Assembly: GCA_010093605.1 (NCBI GenBank)
Contig: MU004197.1
Coordinates: 496,001-560,000, forward strand
DNA length: 64,000 bases
Reading direction: 5' to 3'
Source of the DNA: Lophium mytilinum
Taxonomy: Eukaryota
Within the stretch, counting starts at the first letter, position 1. Each line of letters opens with the position of its first letter. This document shows, piece by piece, positions 21,618 through 34,907 of the stretch. The notes below the pieces were generated by a model that searched no databases, was not told where the DNA came from, and saw only the letters and a program-made list of their open reading frames with translations. The position numbers and the translations under genes were made by a program.

Positions 21618-24600
21618 CTAGGTTGCGTTATTCTTTAAAACCTAGAAATATAGAAATATAGAAACCTTAATTTCTTTTTACATAGCTATACCGCCGTGCG
21701 CGCGCGCACCTATATAGGTGCTGCTGCTAGCTTTAAGATTTAGCTATACAGTTACTTAATTACTAACCTTAAAACTAACACGTTTCCTTTTCTTACTTAC
21801 TTACTTACTTACTTACTTACTCTAAAACTCTCTTCTTATTTCCTACACCCGCATAAAGCCTAGGCCTTACCATAAATAACTAGGTATAACTAACTACATT
21901 AATACGCCCGGTGGGCGACCCTATAACTCTAATATTCTATAAGGTAAGGGGGGGGTTAGTCACCAGGACTTTAATAAGATATAGAATACTTAAGGCGATA
22001 TCTTTAAGGAAGCAGATAAAGAAGTACTATAGGTAGACCTTAACCGCTTAGCGTTATGCACAAAGAACTAATAGAACCGTCTAACTAAGTAGCGCAAGCG
22101 CGTTAGTGAACTACTTAACACAGCCGTATTAGAGGCGCTTAATACCTAGGACTCCTATACTATTAGTGCGGACTCCTAGAATATAGAAAGCCCTATTACC
22201 TTTAATCTTCTTCTAGATCTCTATAATATTAAGGACCTTACTATAAAGCTAGGAGGCACTATATTCTAGAGTTTATTTAAGTTCCGTTAGTAGGTAAACT
22301 CTAAACTGCTTAAAGCCTTTAAGCTACTACGCGCTCTAGTTAAGAGCACTAATATCTATATTAATAACTATAGCGCCGGCTTAGAGAAATAGAAGAACAC
22401 ATCTATAAATCTTTATAAGAAGTTTAATAATATAGACAAGAAACTTAGCAACTTAAAAATCTAGCTTAATAACTCTAAGCTTAGCCTCTAGGCTGCATAA
22501 GCCCACGCATACAACCTCTAATAATAACAGTAATAGTCTAAACCTGCCAAGACAATATCTAAAGAACCCGTTTATTTTAACAATAATAAGCGGCGCGACA
22601 ATAACGTTAACTATTAGCGGATAAACGGCGGGACTAGAGGACAACTATAAGGTAGAACTAATAACTACGGTTGCAAGGGCTATAATAACTACGCAGAGCC
22701 TAGATACACTTCTCCTGCTCTAAATGCAAATCTCCGCAGCGGCGGCAACTAAGCCCGCCGCTTAGCTTCTCCTTATAATAAGCGTTTAGACAACTAATAT
22801 TATAATAATAGCTACTATAATAGCTATACTCCACTATATACTTAACCACTATTATTAATATCCTACTAGCATAACTACTGCTGGCCGGACCCGGTTATAT
22901 TTAACGGAGAGGACCTAGACGCATATCTAATCTAGCGCAGTAAGGTCCTCGCTAAGATTCGCCATGCCTTTCCTAATAAGACGGATAACTATAAGCTTAA
23001 TTATATTAAGAGCGTTCTTTTAGGCGGACCCTTTAAGCGTATTTAGGCACACTGCCGTAATTAGGTTGTCTATAATAATATTAACGCCCTCTGTTCTTTA
23101 GATAACAGATATAGCAAATATAATATTAAGGCTAAGGTACTAATGCAGTTAGAAACCCTCTATATAGGCAATAATTCTTTCACTACATTCTATAACTATT
23201 TCTTAGATATTACCGGCGACCTTAACCGGGGGCCTACTAAGCTTATCTATTAGTTTAAGACACGTCTTACACTATACCTGTAATCTAAGCTTATTAATAG
23301 AGTAATATATAATCGCTTTAATAACTTTATATAATACGTCCGCACTATAGATATATAGAATATAGCTTTCTAGCAGGCTAAGAAGCATAATACTCTTATC
23401 TTCCAGCCCCGTTAGGCTACGGCGTTAACCACCACGACAACTACCTAGTCCACTCGCGGCCGGGGCCGCGGCCGTGGCGGCTATTTATCTACGCCCGCCA
23501 TAGGTGCTAATACAACAACTGCAACTATAATAATAACCTTAAACGCTACGCGCGCACCTACTATTATAGCCGCGGCTAGTATAGAACAGCGCCTCCGCGC
23601 TATAAACCCGGCGGATAAACTAGCGTATATTTAAAGCATTAGTAAGCTTACTAAAGCTAATAAGAAGAGGACGCGCGCAGCTGGCGCTTGCAACCGTTGT
23701 TGCTGCATCGGTCACCGCGCCGTTAATAATAATTGCCCTCTTTAAAACTTCTCCATCTAGATAACTAGCGGCCTTCCTCTCCGCGCCACTAACACTACAT
23801 TTTCCGGCCAGGAAAACGAGTAGTCCTTAAGCATAGTCGCGCCTAAGGACCTATTATAATTAATTATAAACTAGAATATACCCCGTTATTAACCCTATTA
23901 TTAACCCCGTTATCTACCCCCTATTCTATACTAACTTCCTCTAAGTGCGGCAACTCTATTACTACTAATAACCTTCTAGAACTATAAAGGAAGGCCTAGA
24001 AACTGCATAAAAGCTATTATAGGGGCACTAAATATAGAACACCTAAAAAGCACTAGATAAGAAAAGTAGTAGAACCCCTACCTTAGTTTAACACCCCTTT
24101 CTAGCTACAGGAGGTACTAGAGTATATTAAGAATAACAAGAACTAGCCGGAACTTTATATTTCCGCAACGGCTATTACACGTACCCAGCACGATATTATA
24201 AAGCTCCAGCCAAAGAAAGGTAGTTAGTACTTACTTTCTTATTCTATAGCCTTAGACAGTAATTAAATTATTTACACTTACTCTTTCTCTAATAATAGTG
24301 CAACCTCCTCTTTTATTAATTAATTATTTACGCGTAAACATAAAATTTATTATATTCCTCTTAATTTACCTCGCCACCTAATATATATTAATAATTCTAA
24401 TTTATTATAATCTATTATACACGCTGCAATTATTAATATTACTATAGGCTTCTACACAGAGTAACTAGTTTACTACATCGCCGACCTAGGACATATTCCT
24501 CTAGTCCTAGGCATGGATTAGCATAAAACCTATAATCCAGAAATTAACTTTATTAAAAAGAGCTTCTACTTCTGCTAATTATAATGCTGTAATCTACACT

Positions 24601-27600
24601 GCTATTATAATAGTGTACTAGCCAAGATATACTACAAGGGAGCCCTATCTTACATCTCTAGACCTAACAAGTTTTAGTCCACATTCTTATTTGCAACATC
24701 TATTGGTTTAATGGAACACTATATTTAACGCGCTAAGCCTAAGAACCTTATTTAGATCTACGGACTAGAATTTATATCTAAACCGGACAACTCTTTATTT
24801 AATACACCCGCTATTAGACACGTAATTAGCGTCCCGGAAGATAACGGCACGCTTAAGCTCTACGCCCTATCTATTAATAAATATAATAAGTTTATAAAGG
24901 AGCGTAGAACGTATTTATCTAATAAACTATAGAAATAATTAGATAAGTATTTCCACCCTTAGGTTAACATGTGGTTACAATAGGAAGTAGAATACCTGCC
25001 TCCGCACCGCGACTATAACTACGCTATACTTCTACAGCTGGACGCTCCACTGCCTAAATATAAAACCTAAGCCATCTTAGAAGAAAAGAACCGCATTATC
25101 TATAATAAGCTCTAGAAGCTACTAGGCAACAGTTTTATTAAGAATAGTAACTCTTCTATGCACGCACCTGTACTACTTATTAAGAAGCTAGATAGATCTT
25201 ACTAGTTCTATATTAACTACCGCGGTCTTAATACTATTACCGTAAAGAATTAGTATCTAATTCTAATTGTCTAGGAGACGCTTAACTGTCTCTGCAAGGC
25301 TAAGTAGTACACTAAATTAGATATTATTTCCGCCTTTAATCGCGTACGTATTAAACCTAGCAATAAATAGAAGATAGCGTTTATTACACGCTACGGAATA
25401 TTCTAATCTAAAGTCTTAGGATTTAGCATATACAACGGCCCCGGCACTTTCTAGATATTTATTAATAATATACTTCGCAAGTACCTAGATAACTTCTACT
25501 TAGCCTATATAGACAATATATTAGTATTTATAGACGGGACTAAAGAGGAGCACATTACGCATGTATAAAAGGTACTAGACTAACTGCGTAAAGCCGGCCT
25601 ATACCTTAACATTAATAAATGCAAATTCCTCGTTAAATATATTAAATACCTTAGACTTATTATTACCACCAACGGCATTAAGATAGACCTAGACAAGGTT
25701 AAGGCTATTACTAAATAGGCAACTCCTACTTGCCTTAAAGATATATAAGCCTTCTTAGGCCTAGCTAACTTCTATAGGCGCTTTATATAGGGCTTCTCGC
25801 GGCTATATAAGCTGCTTACTAACCTTTTAAGAAAAGGACTAGATGGACGCATCTAATTTAACTAGACATTAAGCTGCTAGAAGGCCTTTAACGACCTTAA
25901 AACCGCGTTTACTACCACGCCCTGTCTTAAGCACTTTAATTCTAACCGGAAATCACGCATTAAAACTAATGTATCTAACCACGTAGCCGCGGGCGTATTC
26001 TTATAGCTGCATAACAATAGTATATAGCACCTAGTTGCCTTCTACTTCTATAAGATAATACCGGCGGAGTGCAACTATAAGATCTATAATAAGAAGTTAC
26101 TTACTATTGTCCTTGCGTTTAAGGAATAGAAACTATAGTGCCAGGGCAATAGACACTAAGACCCTATCTAAGTACTAATAGATTACCGGAATCTATTATA
26201 CTTTATAACTACATAATAACTTAACCAGCGATAGATGCGCTAGCTCTAGATCCTCTTAGAAATTAATTACGTCCTAATATACCGGCCCGGCCGTCTAGAA
26301 ACTAAACTGGATAGTCTTACGCGTCGCAGCTAGGACCTTCCGCAATCTAACAATAATAAACAATTTCTATTTTAACAATAGACCGTAATTAAAATAAGAA
26401 ACCTTACCTTAGAAATATTAAAGAATCTTTATCTATATACTACGGGCGTTATAGACGCTACTTATACTAGACCCCTCTATAAGCTTATTAAGAAGGCGTA
26501 TAACGCTAATAAAACCGCGTTCTAGGAAGGTGGCAGCAATCTAGATAACTAGTTAGATGACTATCTAGTCTACTAAATTATGGCGCTTAAACAACGCAGT
26601 AATTAAAAGCTCCTACGCGACATCCTAAAAGACAAGCGCGTCCAGCTATTAATAAGCGAGCTAGAGGTTACTAATAATAAACTATAGGTTCTATATAAGG
26701 ACTCTAGACAACTATTTATACTATAATTAGCTGCACTCTAGCTAAGGATCTTGCAGCTAGGCTATAACTATACTAGCGCAGGATACGGCGGCTACGCGGA
26801 TTACCTATAATAGATTCATCCTAACTACTACTAGCCTAGGTTTACTAAATTAATTACAAAATACGTTAACGCGTGCTAACGCTACCATAATATTAAACCG
26901 TCCAACTTTACTAAGTAAGGCTTCCTCCGTCCCTTGCCTATCTCTCTCTACCGCTGGCGCAACATTGCGTTAGACTATATAGTCGACTTACCTATTTATA
27001 AACGTTACGGCCGTAAATACCGCTATATACTTATCGTAATTAACCGGTTATCTAAGAAATGCTACTTTCTTGCCGTTACCTTACTAGAAGTAGACGAGCT
27101 TACTAAAGTCTATTTTTAGTAGATCTATTAACTCCACGGACTACTAGCGTCTATTACTAGTAACCTAGGCACGCAATTTACTTCTAAATTCTAGCGATAT
27201 CTCTACTGTTAGTTAAGATTGTTGCTTAATACGTCCACCGCCTTCCACCCGGAAATAGATAGTTAGATAGAAATCGCTAATACTAATATAAAGAAGTATC
27301 TATAAGCCTATATTAACTATATATAGGACAATTAGTATAACCTATTACCCTCTGCGGAACTAGTAGCTAATACTTACGTCTTAGCCACAATAGGACTATC
27401 TCTATTTTTCGCGAATTACGGCTACAACCCTCGCTTAGAGCTTGAGCCGCCTACTATTAAGGATAAAAAGATATCTAAAAACAAGGAAATTAAATAGGAG
27501 CTAGCTAATAATATAGCCTAACGTCTAAAGGATATTAAGGTCTACTTACGGGACTATATTATATAGGCTTAAGAAGAGTAAGCTTACTAAGCTAACCACT

Positions 27601-28359
27601 ACTAAGATGCCGCAGCCGATATACGCGTTAACGATATAGTCTAGCTTAACGCTAAGAATATTAAGCTAGACCGCGCTAAGAAGGCGCTCGATAATAAGTT
27701 TATAGGCCCCTTCTGCGTTAATAAGGTTATTAATCGGGGCGCAGCTTTTTATTTAGACCTACTATCTAATACTAAGATCTACAACGTCTTCCACCTGTTA
27801 CTGCTACGGCTGGATACTTCTAAACCTATTAACGGCCAGGATAGGCTGGAACCTATGCCACTACTAGAGCTAATCTAGCATAAAGATAATAATAAACCCA
27901 TAGAAGAGTTTATAGTTACTTAAATTATTAACTTACGCGTTAAGAATAATAATGTACAATATAAAGTATACTACGTCGGCAGTGCACAACTATATAGGTT
28001 CTAGCAACTGTCTAGAAACCTTAAAGGCTGCCTTTATAAAGTCTTTAACTTCTATTATTGCAGCCTATAGAAGCCTAAACCACCCGCTTACTTTATTAAA
28101 CTAAGGGACTAGACTCTACCTATATAGTAGAACTTCTAGAACGTTACTATATTATTATAATAGTCTAGTACAACCTAAGATCCTGCGCCATTATTAAATA
28201 GTAGAATTAATTTAACTAAGGACGCCTACCCGCATAATTTTGTTAGCACGCTCTATCTATACGCAGAGCTACGCCTATATTAGCTATCTAATATATAAGT
28301 TTAAATAGTAAGTCTTCTATAGTTCTTATAGGAGCTTAGTTTTTAAAAGGGGGGGCACA

Positions 28360-28595
28360 TATTACATCGTTTCTTAGCATTCTCTTAGTAGTTATTAAGG
28401 TTAGGGGTTATTACGTGCACGGACGTTACGTAATCTCCAGGCCGAGGGTTCTTCCGGCGCCCGGGGTTCTGCCGGCGCCTAGGGTTCTGCCGGCGCGCAC
28501 ACAACTACATAGTAGGCTCGTGGCCGGAGCCTCTCTCCTCTCTACGTAACCTCATTAATAGAAATACAACCCTTTTCTCGGCCATAAACCTAATA
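28360..28595 (+). repeat. 3' LTR
   Basis: Direct repeat of 21382-21617, preceded by a polypurine tract. Confidence 0.92.
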
Positions 28596-28599
28596 CTTC

Positions 28600-30480
28600 T
28601 TAGTAAACTTTATAGCTATTCTATCTAATATTTCTAGCTATATAGCCTTATAATACGCCTCTAAGCTTCTATTTATTATCTAATAGAGGAAATCTATATT
28701 CTAAGTCTAATCTATTACTATCTAGGCCGCCTACTACTAGTACTAGTGTAAACTAGTATTCTATATACTATTAACTTTCTAATAGAAGAACGCCTCTAGT
28801 ATATCTATATTCTTCTTCTTAGAGTATACTAGGCTTAAGCTCTTTAGTTAGTAAGGTTCTATAGCGGCCGGGGCCTAAGTTAAGAACACTAGTAGTAGAG
28901 GAGGAGAAAGAGAAGGCATAGATATAGGTATAGATGCCGGCGTATATAGAAATACTAGATACCTAGTAGAAATATATAGATTTAGTAGATAATAGAGTAG
29001 TAGAGAAGGGGGAGAATAGTAGCTATACTACTACTATTAAGGCTATAACTAAGGCTATAACTAAGGCTATAATAGAGGCTACTATATACTTAAAAACCTC
29101 TTAGCTATAGCTATTATCTATTATATACTACTAAACTTTATAGTCTACTTTATTATTACCTTAATATTATCTATAGTACTTACTACCTACTATACTCTTA
29201 TTATCTTTACTAGCTAATAATATTCTAAACCTATAGGCCTATTTATTTAAAGCTTCTTTAATAATTTAATTAGAGGCACTAATATAGTAGCCTTACTGCG
29301 CGCTATAGCGTTAGCCTATACCTTCTACTACTTAGTAAATATAATAAAGTGCTCGCCGCTATTAAGAAAGTAGTAGCTATTAAAGTTACTGCACCCTTTA
29401 TTAATATACTTCTAATACTATATTAGGTCCACGTTATAGTCTCTTATATTAGTAATTCTACTTATTATAGCCTTATACTACTATAGTAGCTTTCTACTAT
29501 AACTCTTAGGCGTAGCTATAGCTAGTAAGAACTTAGGCGCAATTAACTTTCTAGATAGATTAGATAGAACTTTATATTTAAATAGAAGCGCTATAGTACT
29601 CTTTTAAAAGACTACCTACTTTATATTAAGAGCTATAAATAATCTATTAAAAGAGAATATAGAGAAGTTATCTATATTATATATTTATATACTGCCTTTA
29701 CTATTTAAAGTATATAGTACTATAGTATAGAAAGTAATAGTATACTCTACCTAGTAGTTACTATTAGCCTATACCTTTATAACTAGCTTATTAAGTTCTA
29801 GCTTAATATTATTACTAGAGAGGCTAAACTATATTCTTATACCTACTACCTTACTACCCGCCTTCTTCTTATTAATAAATAGCTAGAATAATAGGTTAAT
29901 ATTATAGTCTAGAGAACTAGCAGGCGTTAGTAGTAATATTAATACTACGCACTTATAGCGCGCTAGAGTACTAGAAGTAGAAGAGAATATAAAGGGTAGT
30001 ACTCTATCTCTACCTAGTAGTAATAATAGCAGTAGGCCTAGTATAGAGTTATAACTATTCTAGATCTCTTTATTCTATACTACTTCTTCTTACTACTATA
30101 CTATCTTCTTTTACTATTATACTACCTCCTCTTACACTACGCGCTACCTATCTATTGCCGCAGCCTTATATATAGCCTTTTTAGCTACCTAAGCCTTACG
30201 CTATAGTCTATTCTTTCTCTCTTTTACTATCTTAGCTAAAAGATCTATATCTAGTCTTATAGTAGCTTTAATAGTAGCTTAGCTATTATTAAAGCGTATA
30301 TACCTCTCTTTCTATTTAGTAGTCTATATATTTTTTAGTATAACTTTAAGTAATTCTATAAAAGTACCTACTTCTTCTTTTTCTTCTTTTTCTTCTCTTC
30401 CTTCTCTTTCTCTACCTTCTCTAGCCGCCGGCGGGTCTCTAGAGCGTTAGGTATTATTATTAAAGATTACGCCGCGTTAA
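28600..30480 (-). pseudogene. RIP-degenerate second ORF of the outer TIR element
   Basis: Codon-like charged tracts and a Cys/His remnant (GCSNFNSYYFLNSGEH, ~29350-29396). Identity unresolved. Confidence 0.35.
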
Positions 30481-30947
30481 GAATATTATAGTAGTACTAG
30501 AATACTAGAAATTATTAGTATATAAGCTCTAATATATATATAAAAGGCCTTACTAATAGCTAATATAGGCATGTTAAAAAGTAGTTAAAAATTAATATAT
30601 AACCTATCTAATAATCCCAGGCGCGCGCTTACAAAATTAGGGGGGGTGCATGGAGAAAAACGCCAAGGAATGTACTCCGTTTTAAATACGACAAATTCAA
30701 CTCTATCCCTCTCTCCTTGACCGCGTGTTCTATTGCTCCTACAATTGCCTCTGTCTGAGACTCCTTTCCCCTTCGCCGCACTCACCTCCTTACATCCCTC
30801 TGCAACATCCGCCCAGCGCGTCTCACCTCCCACCCTCGGAATTCTGATGCTCCCCCAACGAACCTCCACTTGATCTAAGCGCGCACGCAAGCCCCTCGCG
30901 GACGACACACCACCACACGGCGAGGATTCGAGGAGGACGAGGACGCC

Positions 30948-32866
30948 ATGCCGCCAGTCTCGCAATGGAGCGGCACGCCAGCGATCAAGGGGTCGACCGA
31001 GTCGATGCGCATGGCGCTGCTGACGCTGGTGTTGGTTGGATTGCAGTATGCCCCCAATCCCATACCCACCCCTTCTCTATATAGAAACATTGGCTGACCA
31101 ATTTCCGCGTATCTAGGTTCACCTGGGGCATCGAAATGACCTACTGCACACCCTACCTCCTCCAGCTCGGGCTCACCAAGAGCCGCATCAGCCTCGTGTG
31201 GGTCGCGGGCCCGCTGTCGGGGCTCATTATGCAGCCGGTTGTGGGCGTGATCGCGGACCGGTCGAAGAGCAAATGGGGCAGGCGGCGGCCGTTTATGGTG
31301 GGCGGAACTGTGGTGGTTAGTTTGTGTTTGCTGGTGCTGGGGTGGACGAAGGAGATTGTGGCGTCGTTTGTGACGGAGGTGGAGCTGGTATGTTTGATTT
31401 TGGGAGATTGAAGTCGGGGATTGGGGGATCGGGCTGACATGGTGTTGCAGAGGAAGTCGTGCACGATAACGCTGGCTGTGCTGAGCATTTATGCGGTGGA
31501 TTTTGCGATTAATGCTGGTAAGGGAGACATCTATGGGAATGTGGGATATGGCTGATGATGAATAGTTCAGGGGTCTTGTCGGAGTTTGATCGTGGATACG
31601 CTTCCCATCTCGAAACAGCAGATGGGCTCATCGTGGGCTAGCAGAATGGTTGCGGTCGGACATTTGATCGGATATGGAGCTGGAGCTCTGGATCTTGGGA
31701 AGATATTTGGACCGACACTGGGAGATACGCAGTTCAAACAATTGACTGCCATTGCAGCTATTGCGTTGTGTGTCACAGTTGGGACGACATGCTGGGCGGT
31801 CACCGAGAGGGTTCTGATTTCGGACGGGTAGGTGAAAGCAGTATGTCTCATAGATTTGATACTAATGTGACGATAGGAAAGATGCTCAGGGCGAAATCGG
31901 AGCAGTTGAGACCGTCACACAGATCTTGAAAACCGCCACGAGCCTGCCACCTCGCATTGCAGCTATCTGCTTCGTACAATTCTGGTCATGGATTGGATGG
32001 TTCCCGTTCCTTTTTTATAGCACAACCTGGGTGGGAGAGATATATCTGCGATACGACGCCCCGGTCGAAGCACGACAGTCCGACGACACCCTCGGCCAAG
32101 TTGGTCGAATCGGCAGCATGGCCCTCATTGCCTTCTCAACAATTACCTTTGCCTGTTCCGTCATGCTCCCATGGTTCGTCGAGGCTCCCCAGGACGAGAA
32201 GCCAGGCTTCACACCTCGACCGCCGACCCGACTTGCGCCGATGTTGATTGAGCTGGAAAAGTACAAGCCGACGCTCCTTACGACATGGATGATCTCCCAT
32301 TGCATCTTTGCCGGCTCCATGATCCTCGCGCCTTTCGTGACATCTTTGCATGGCGCAACTGTCCTGGTGTCGATCTGCGGGATGTGAGTATTTCCTGCAT
32401 GCCCCCTTGAGCCCTTCTAACCTCTCACAGATCCTGGGCAATCACATGCTGGGCTCCTTTCACCTTCATGGGCGTTGAAATCAACAAGATCAGTACAGCG
32501 GGCAATGGCCACTCTTATGGGCATCTGAATCGTGACTCAATAGAGCTCGAAGCTGGCAGTTCTCCTGTCCTCCATCTCGCCCACTTCCCGGACGAAACGC
32601 CAGCCTCGACCGGAGAGGGATCAGGGGTCTATCTTGGCATTCTGAATCTCTACACGACGCTCCCGCAGTTTGTTGGGACCTTCATCTCATGGGCTGTGTT
32701 TTCCATCCTGGAGCCGGGGAAGAGCCCCGAGCTGGCCAAGGAGGCGCACCCAGACGAGCACCACTCGACGGATGGGCCAAACGGGATTGCAGTTTGCCTG
32801 TTTATCGGGGCCATCTCAGCGGTGGTGGCGGCATACGCGACCACTCGGCTGCGGCACATTCATTAA
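30948..32866 (+). CDS. MFS sucrose/maltose:H+ symporter (SUT/SLC45-like general alpha-glucoside permease), multi-exon
   Basis: Motifs FTWGIEMTYCTPYLL, WVAGPLSGLIMQPVVG..DRS.SKWGRRRPF, QFWSWIGWFPFLFYSTTWVGE and GVYLGILNLYTTLPQF. GT-AG introns. Confidence 0.92.
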
Positions 32867-33408
32867 TTTCAGTCTTTGTCTCTTTTCTGCGGCGTTTGGC
32901 GGCTCTAATCAATGACTCAGCTGAAGCCGGCTTGGGCGGTGATAGGGCTTGTAGAATCAGCGAGTGGGCGGCATTGTCGGGCGTTTGATACCACATAGAC
33001 AGTCGATAGCATGAAGCAATCGTCACATTGGCAAATACGTGTATATATGCCGCTGCGGTGGCCCGATGCAGTGCCAGGTGTCGTGTCGTCTGTACGAGTC
33101 CTACGTTCACTTTCCATCCGGAGGGCCCTCTTCGCCAGCGCACTCTTCTTCTGCACATCCGCACACTGCCCAAATACCACGACCCGGATTGCACATAGTT
33201 AGCTTCGTCAAGACACATTCACCCGCGCCGCCTACACGCGTTCGCACCCGATTTATCGCCGCTGGGTTGCTGCTCGGCCGCTCCCTGTCGTTGCTAACGT
33301 TGAGGGGCAAAGGCCTAGCGTACCTAATTTTCTTTGGGGCAACCTACAACACCGTCCACTACCTCGACACCACTCCACCCCGAAAAAACCCTTCAACCAT
33401 TCGTCATC

Positions 33409-34907
33409 ATGTCTGAGCCCATCCGCCAGAAGAAGCTCGACTCCTCCATCACCGCCCCGTGAGTTTCCTGCCATCTTCATCTTTCACAGACATTCTGTCC
33501 CCAATCGCTCCCCCGCCTCAACAGCCCGTCATGGACCCAGCTAACACTATCGTCCGCCCGCCCAGTACGCCCCAAAACACGCCTGCCAATGCCGCCCCGA
33601 TATCGTCGAGGGCCCAGCAGCCCGGCGTCGCGAGCATCAAAGAGGGTGAGTCCTCTACCTGTCTCTGTCTTCTCCCCGCAGCCCCGCGTTGAGCCTGAGC
33701 TTGACCGCTAATCCGAATTTTCTGCAACAGAGGACAACGAGCGGGCCGCTGCCGCCGCCATGTTCGCGCAGAACCCGGCCCTCATGTCTATGATGGAGGC
33801 CAAACTCGGGCGCCTCGTTGGCCGCTCGTCTGGCTACGTTGAGTCGCTGCCCGCCTCTGTCCGCCGCCGCGTCGCGGGCCTCAAGGGCATCCAGAAGGAG
33901 CACTCGAAGCTCGAGGCCGAGTTCCAGGAGGAGGTCCTGCAGCTGGAAAAGAAATACTTTGCGAAGTTCACACCGTTGTACGAGAAGCGCGCCAAGGTCG
34001 TGAACGGCGCCACCGAGCCGACCGATGAGGAGGTCAAGGTCGGCGAGGAGGACGAAGAGGATGAGGAGGACGATGCCCCTGCCGAGGAGAAGAATGAGGA
34101 TGCCGGCGAGGGCGTTAAGGGCATTCCAGAGTTCTGGCTTTCGGCCATGAAGAACCAGGTCTCGGTCGCCGAGATGATCACAGACAAGGACGAGCTGGCG
34201 CTGAAGCACCTCACTGACATCCGCATGGAGTATCTCGACAGGCCTGGGTTCCGACTGATCTTCGAGTTTGCCGAGAACGAGTACTTCACAAACAAGACCA
34301 TCTCCAAGACGTATTTCTACCAGGAAGAGAGCGGTTATGGTGGTGATTTCATCTACGACCACGCCGAGGGTGACAAGATTGACTGGAAGACCGGGAAAGA
34401 TCTGACCGTCAAGATCGAGAGCAAAAAGCAGAGGAATAAGAGTATGACTCAACAGAACTCAAGCATTTGAACATTGCTAATTCTTTATAGACACCAAGCA
34501 GACCCGCGTCGTGAAGAAGACCGTTCCCACCGCTTCGTTCTTCAACTTCTTCTCCCCACCGAAGCCCCCACAGGACGACGACGATGCGACTACCGACATC
34601 GAGGAGCGTCTCGAGCTCGACTATCAGCTCGGCGAGGACATCAAGGAGAAGCTCATTCCACGCGCCATCGACTGGTTTACCGGCGAGGCTCTGCAATTCG
34701 AGAGCCTCGACGACTTCGACGAGGGCGAGTTCGAGGACGAGGACGATGAGGAGGACGATGACCTCAGCGAGCGGGACGAGGATGACGACGAATCGGATGA
34801 AGGCGTAAGCCTATCCCATTCTTCCGCTAATTAACACCCACTAACCACGTTTTTAGGACGATGGCACAAAACCCAAGCAAGAAGCAGCCGAGTGCAAGCA
34901 GAGCTAG
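33409..34907 (+). CDS. NAP1: Nucleosome assembly protein 1
   Basis: Motifs [34 protein letters not shown] and [17 protein letters not shown], an acidic tail, and a C-terminal CKQS CaaX-type motif. Multi-exon. Confidence 0.96.

Larger units (their letters stand above)
21382..28595 (+). mobile_element. Full-length RIP-inactivated Ty3/gypsy LTR retrotransposon (chromovirus)
   Basis: 236-bp LTRs, CTTC target-site duplication and PPT at 28345-28355. Gag knuckle CNRCCCIGH..C (~23690). Gag ends GGAAAAC GAG TAG followed by a hairpin (candidate -1 frameshift signal, 23811-23850). Then protease (~24290), RT AYIDNILVF (~25505), RNase H KTNVSN (~25965), integrase DYIVDLP and GPF, and a chromodomain-like tail (~27900). 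Confidence 0.93.
18148..30693. mobile_element. RIP-mutated TIR DNA transposon (IS630/Tc1-mariner-type transposase) hosting nested elements
   Basis: ~200-bp terminal inverted repeats TGTCGTATT../..AATACGACA flanked by AATT on both sides. The two TIRs differ mostly by C>T/G>A transitions. The interior is AT-rich, TpA-enriched and lacks long ORFs. Confidence 0.85.
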
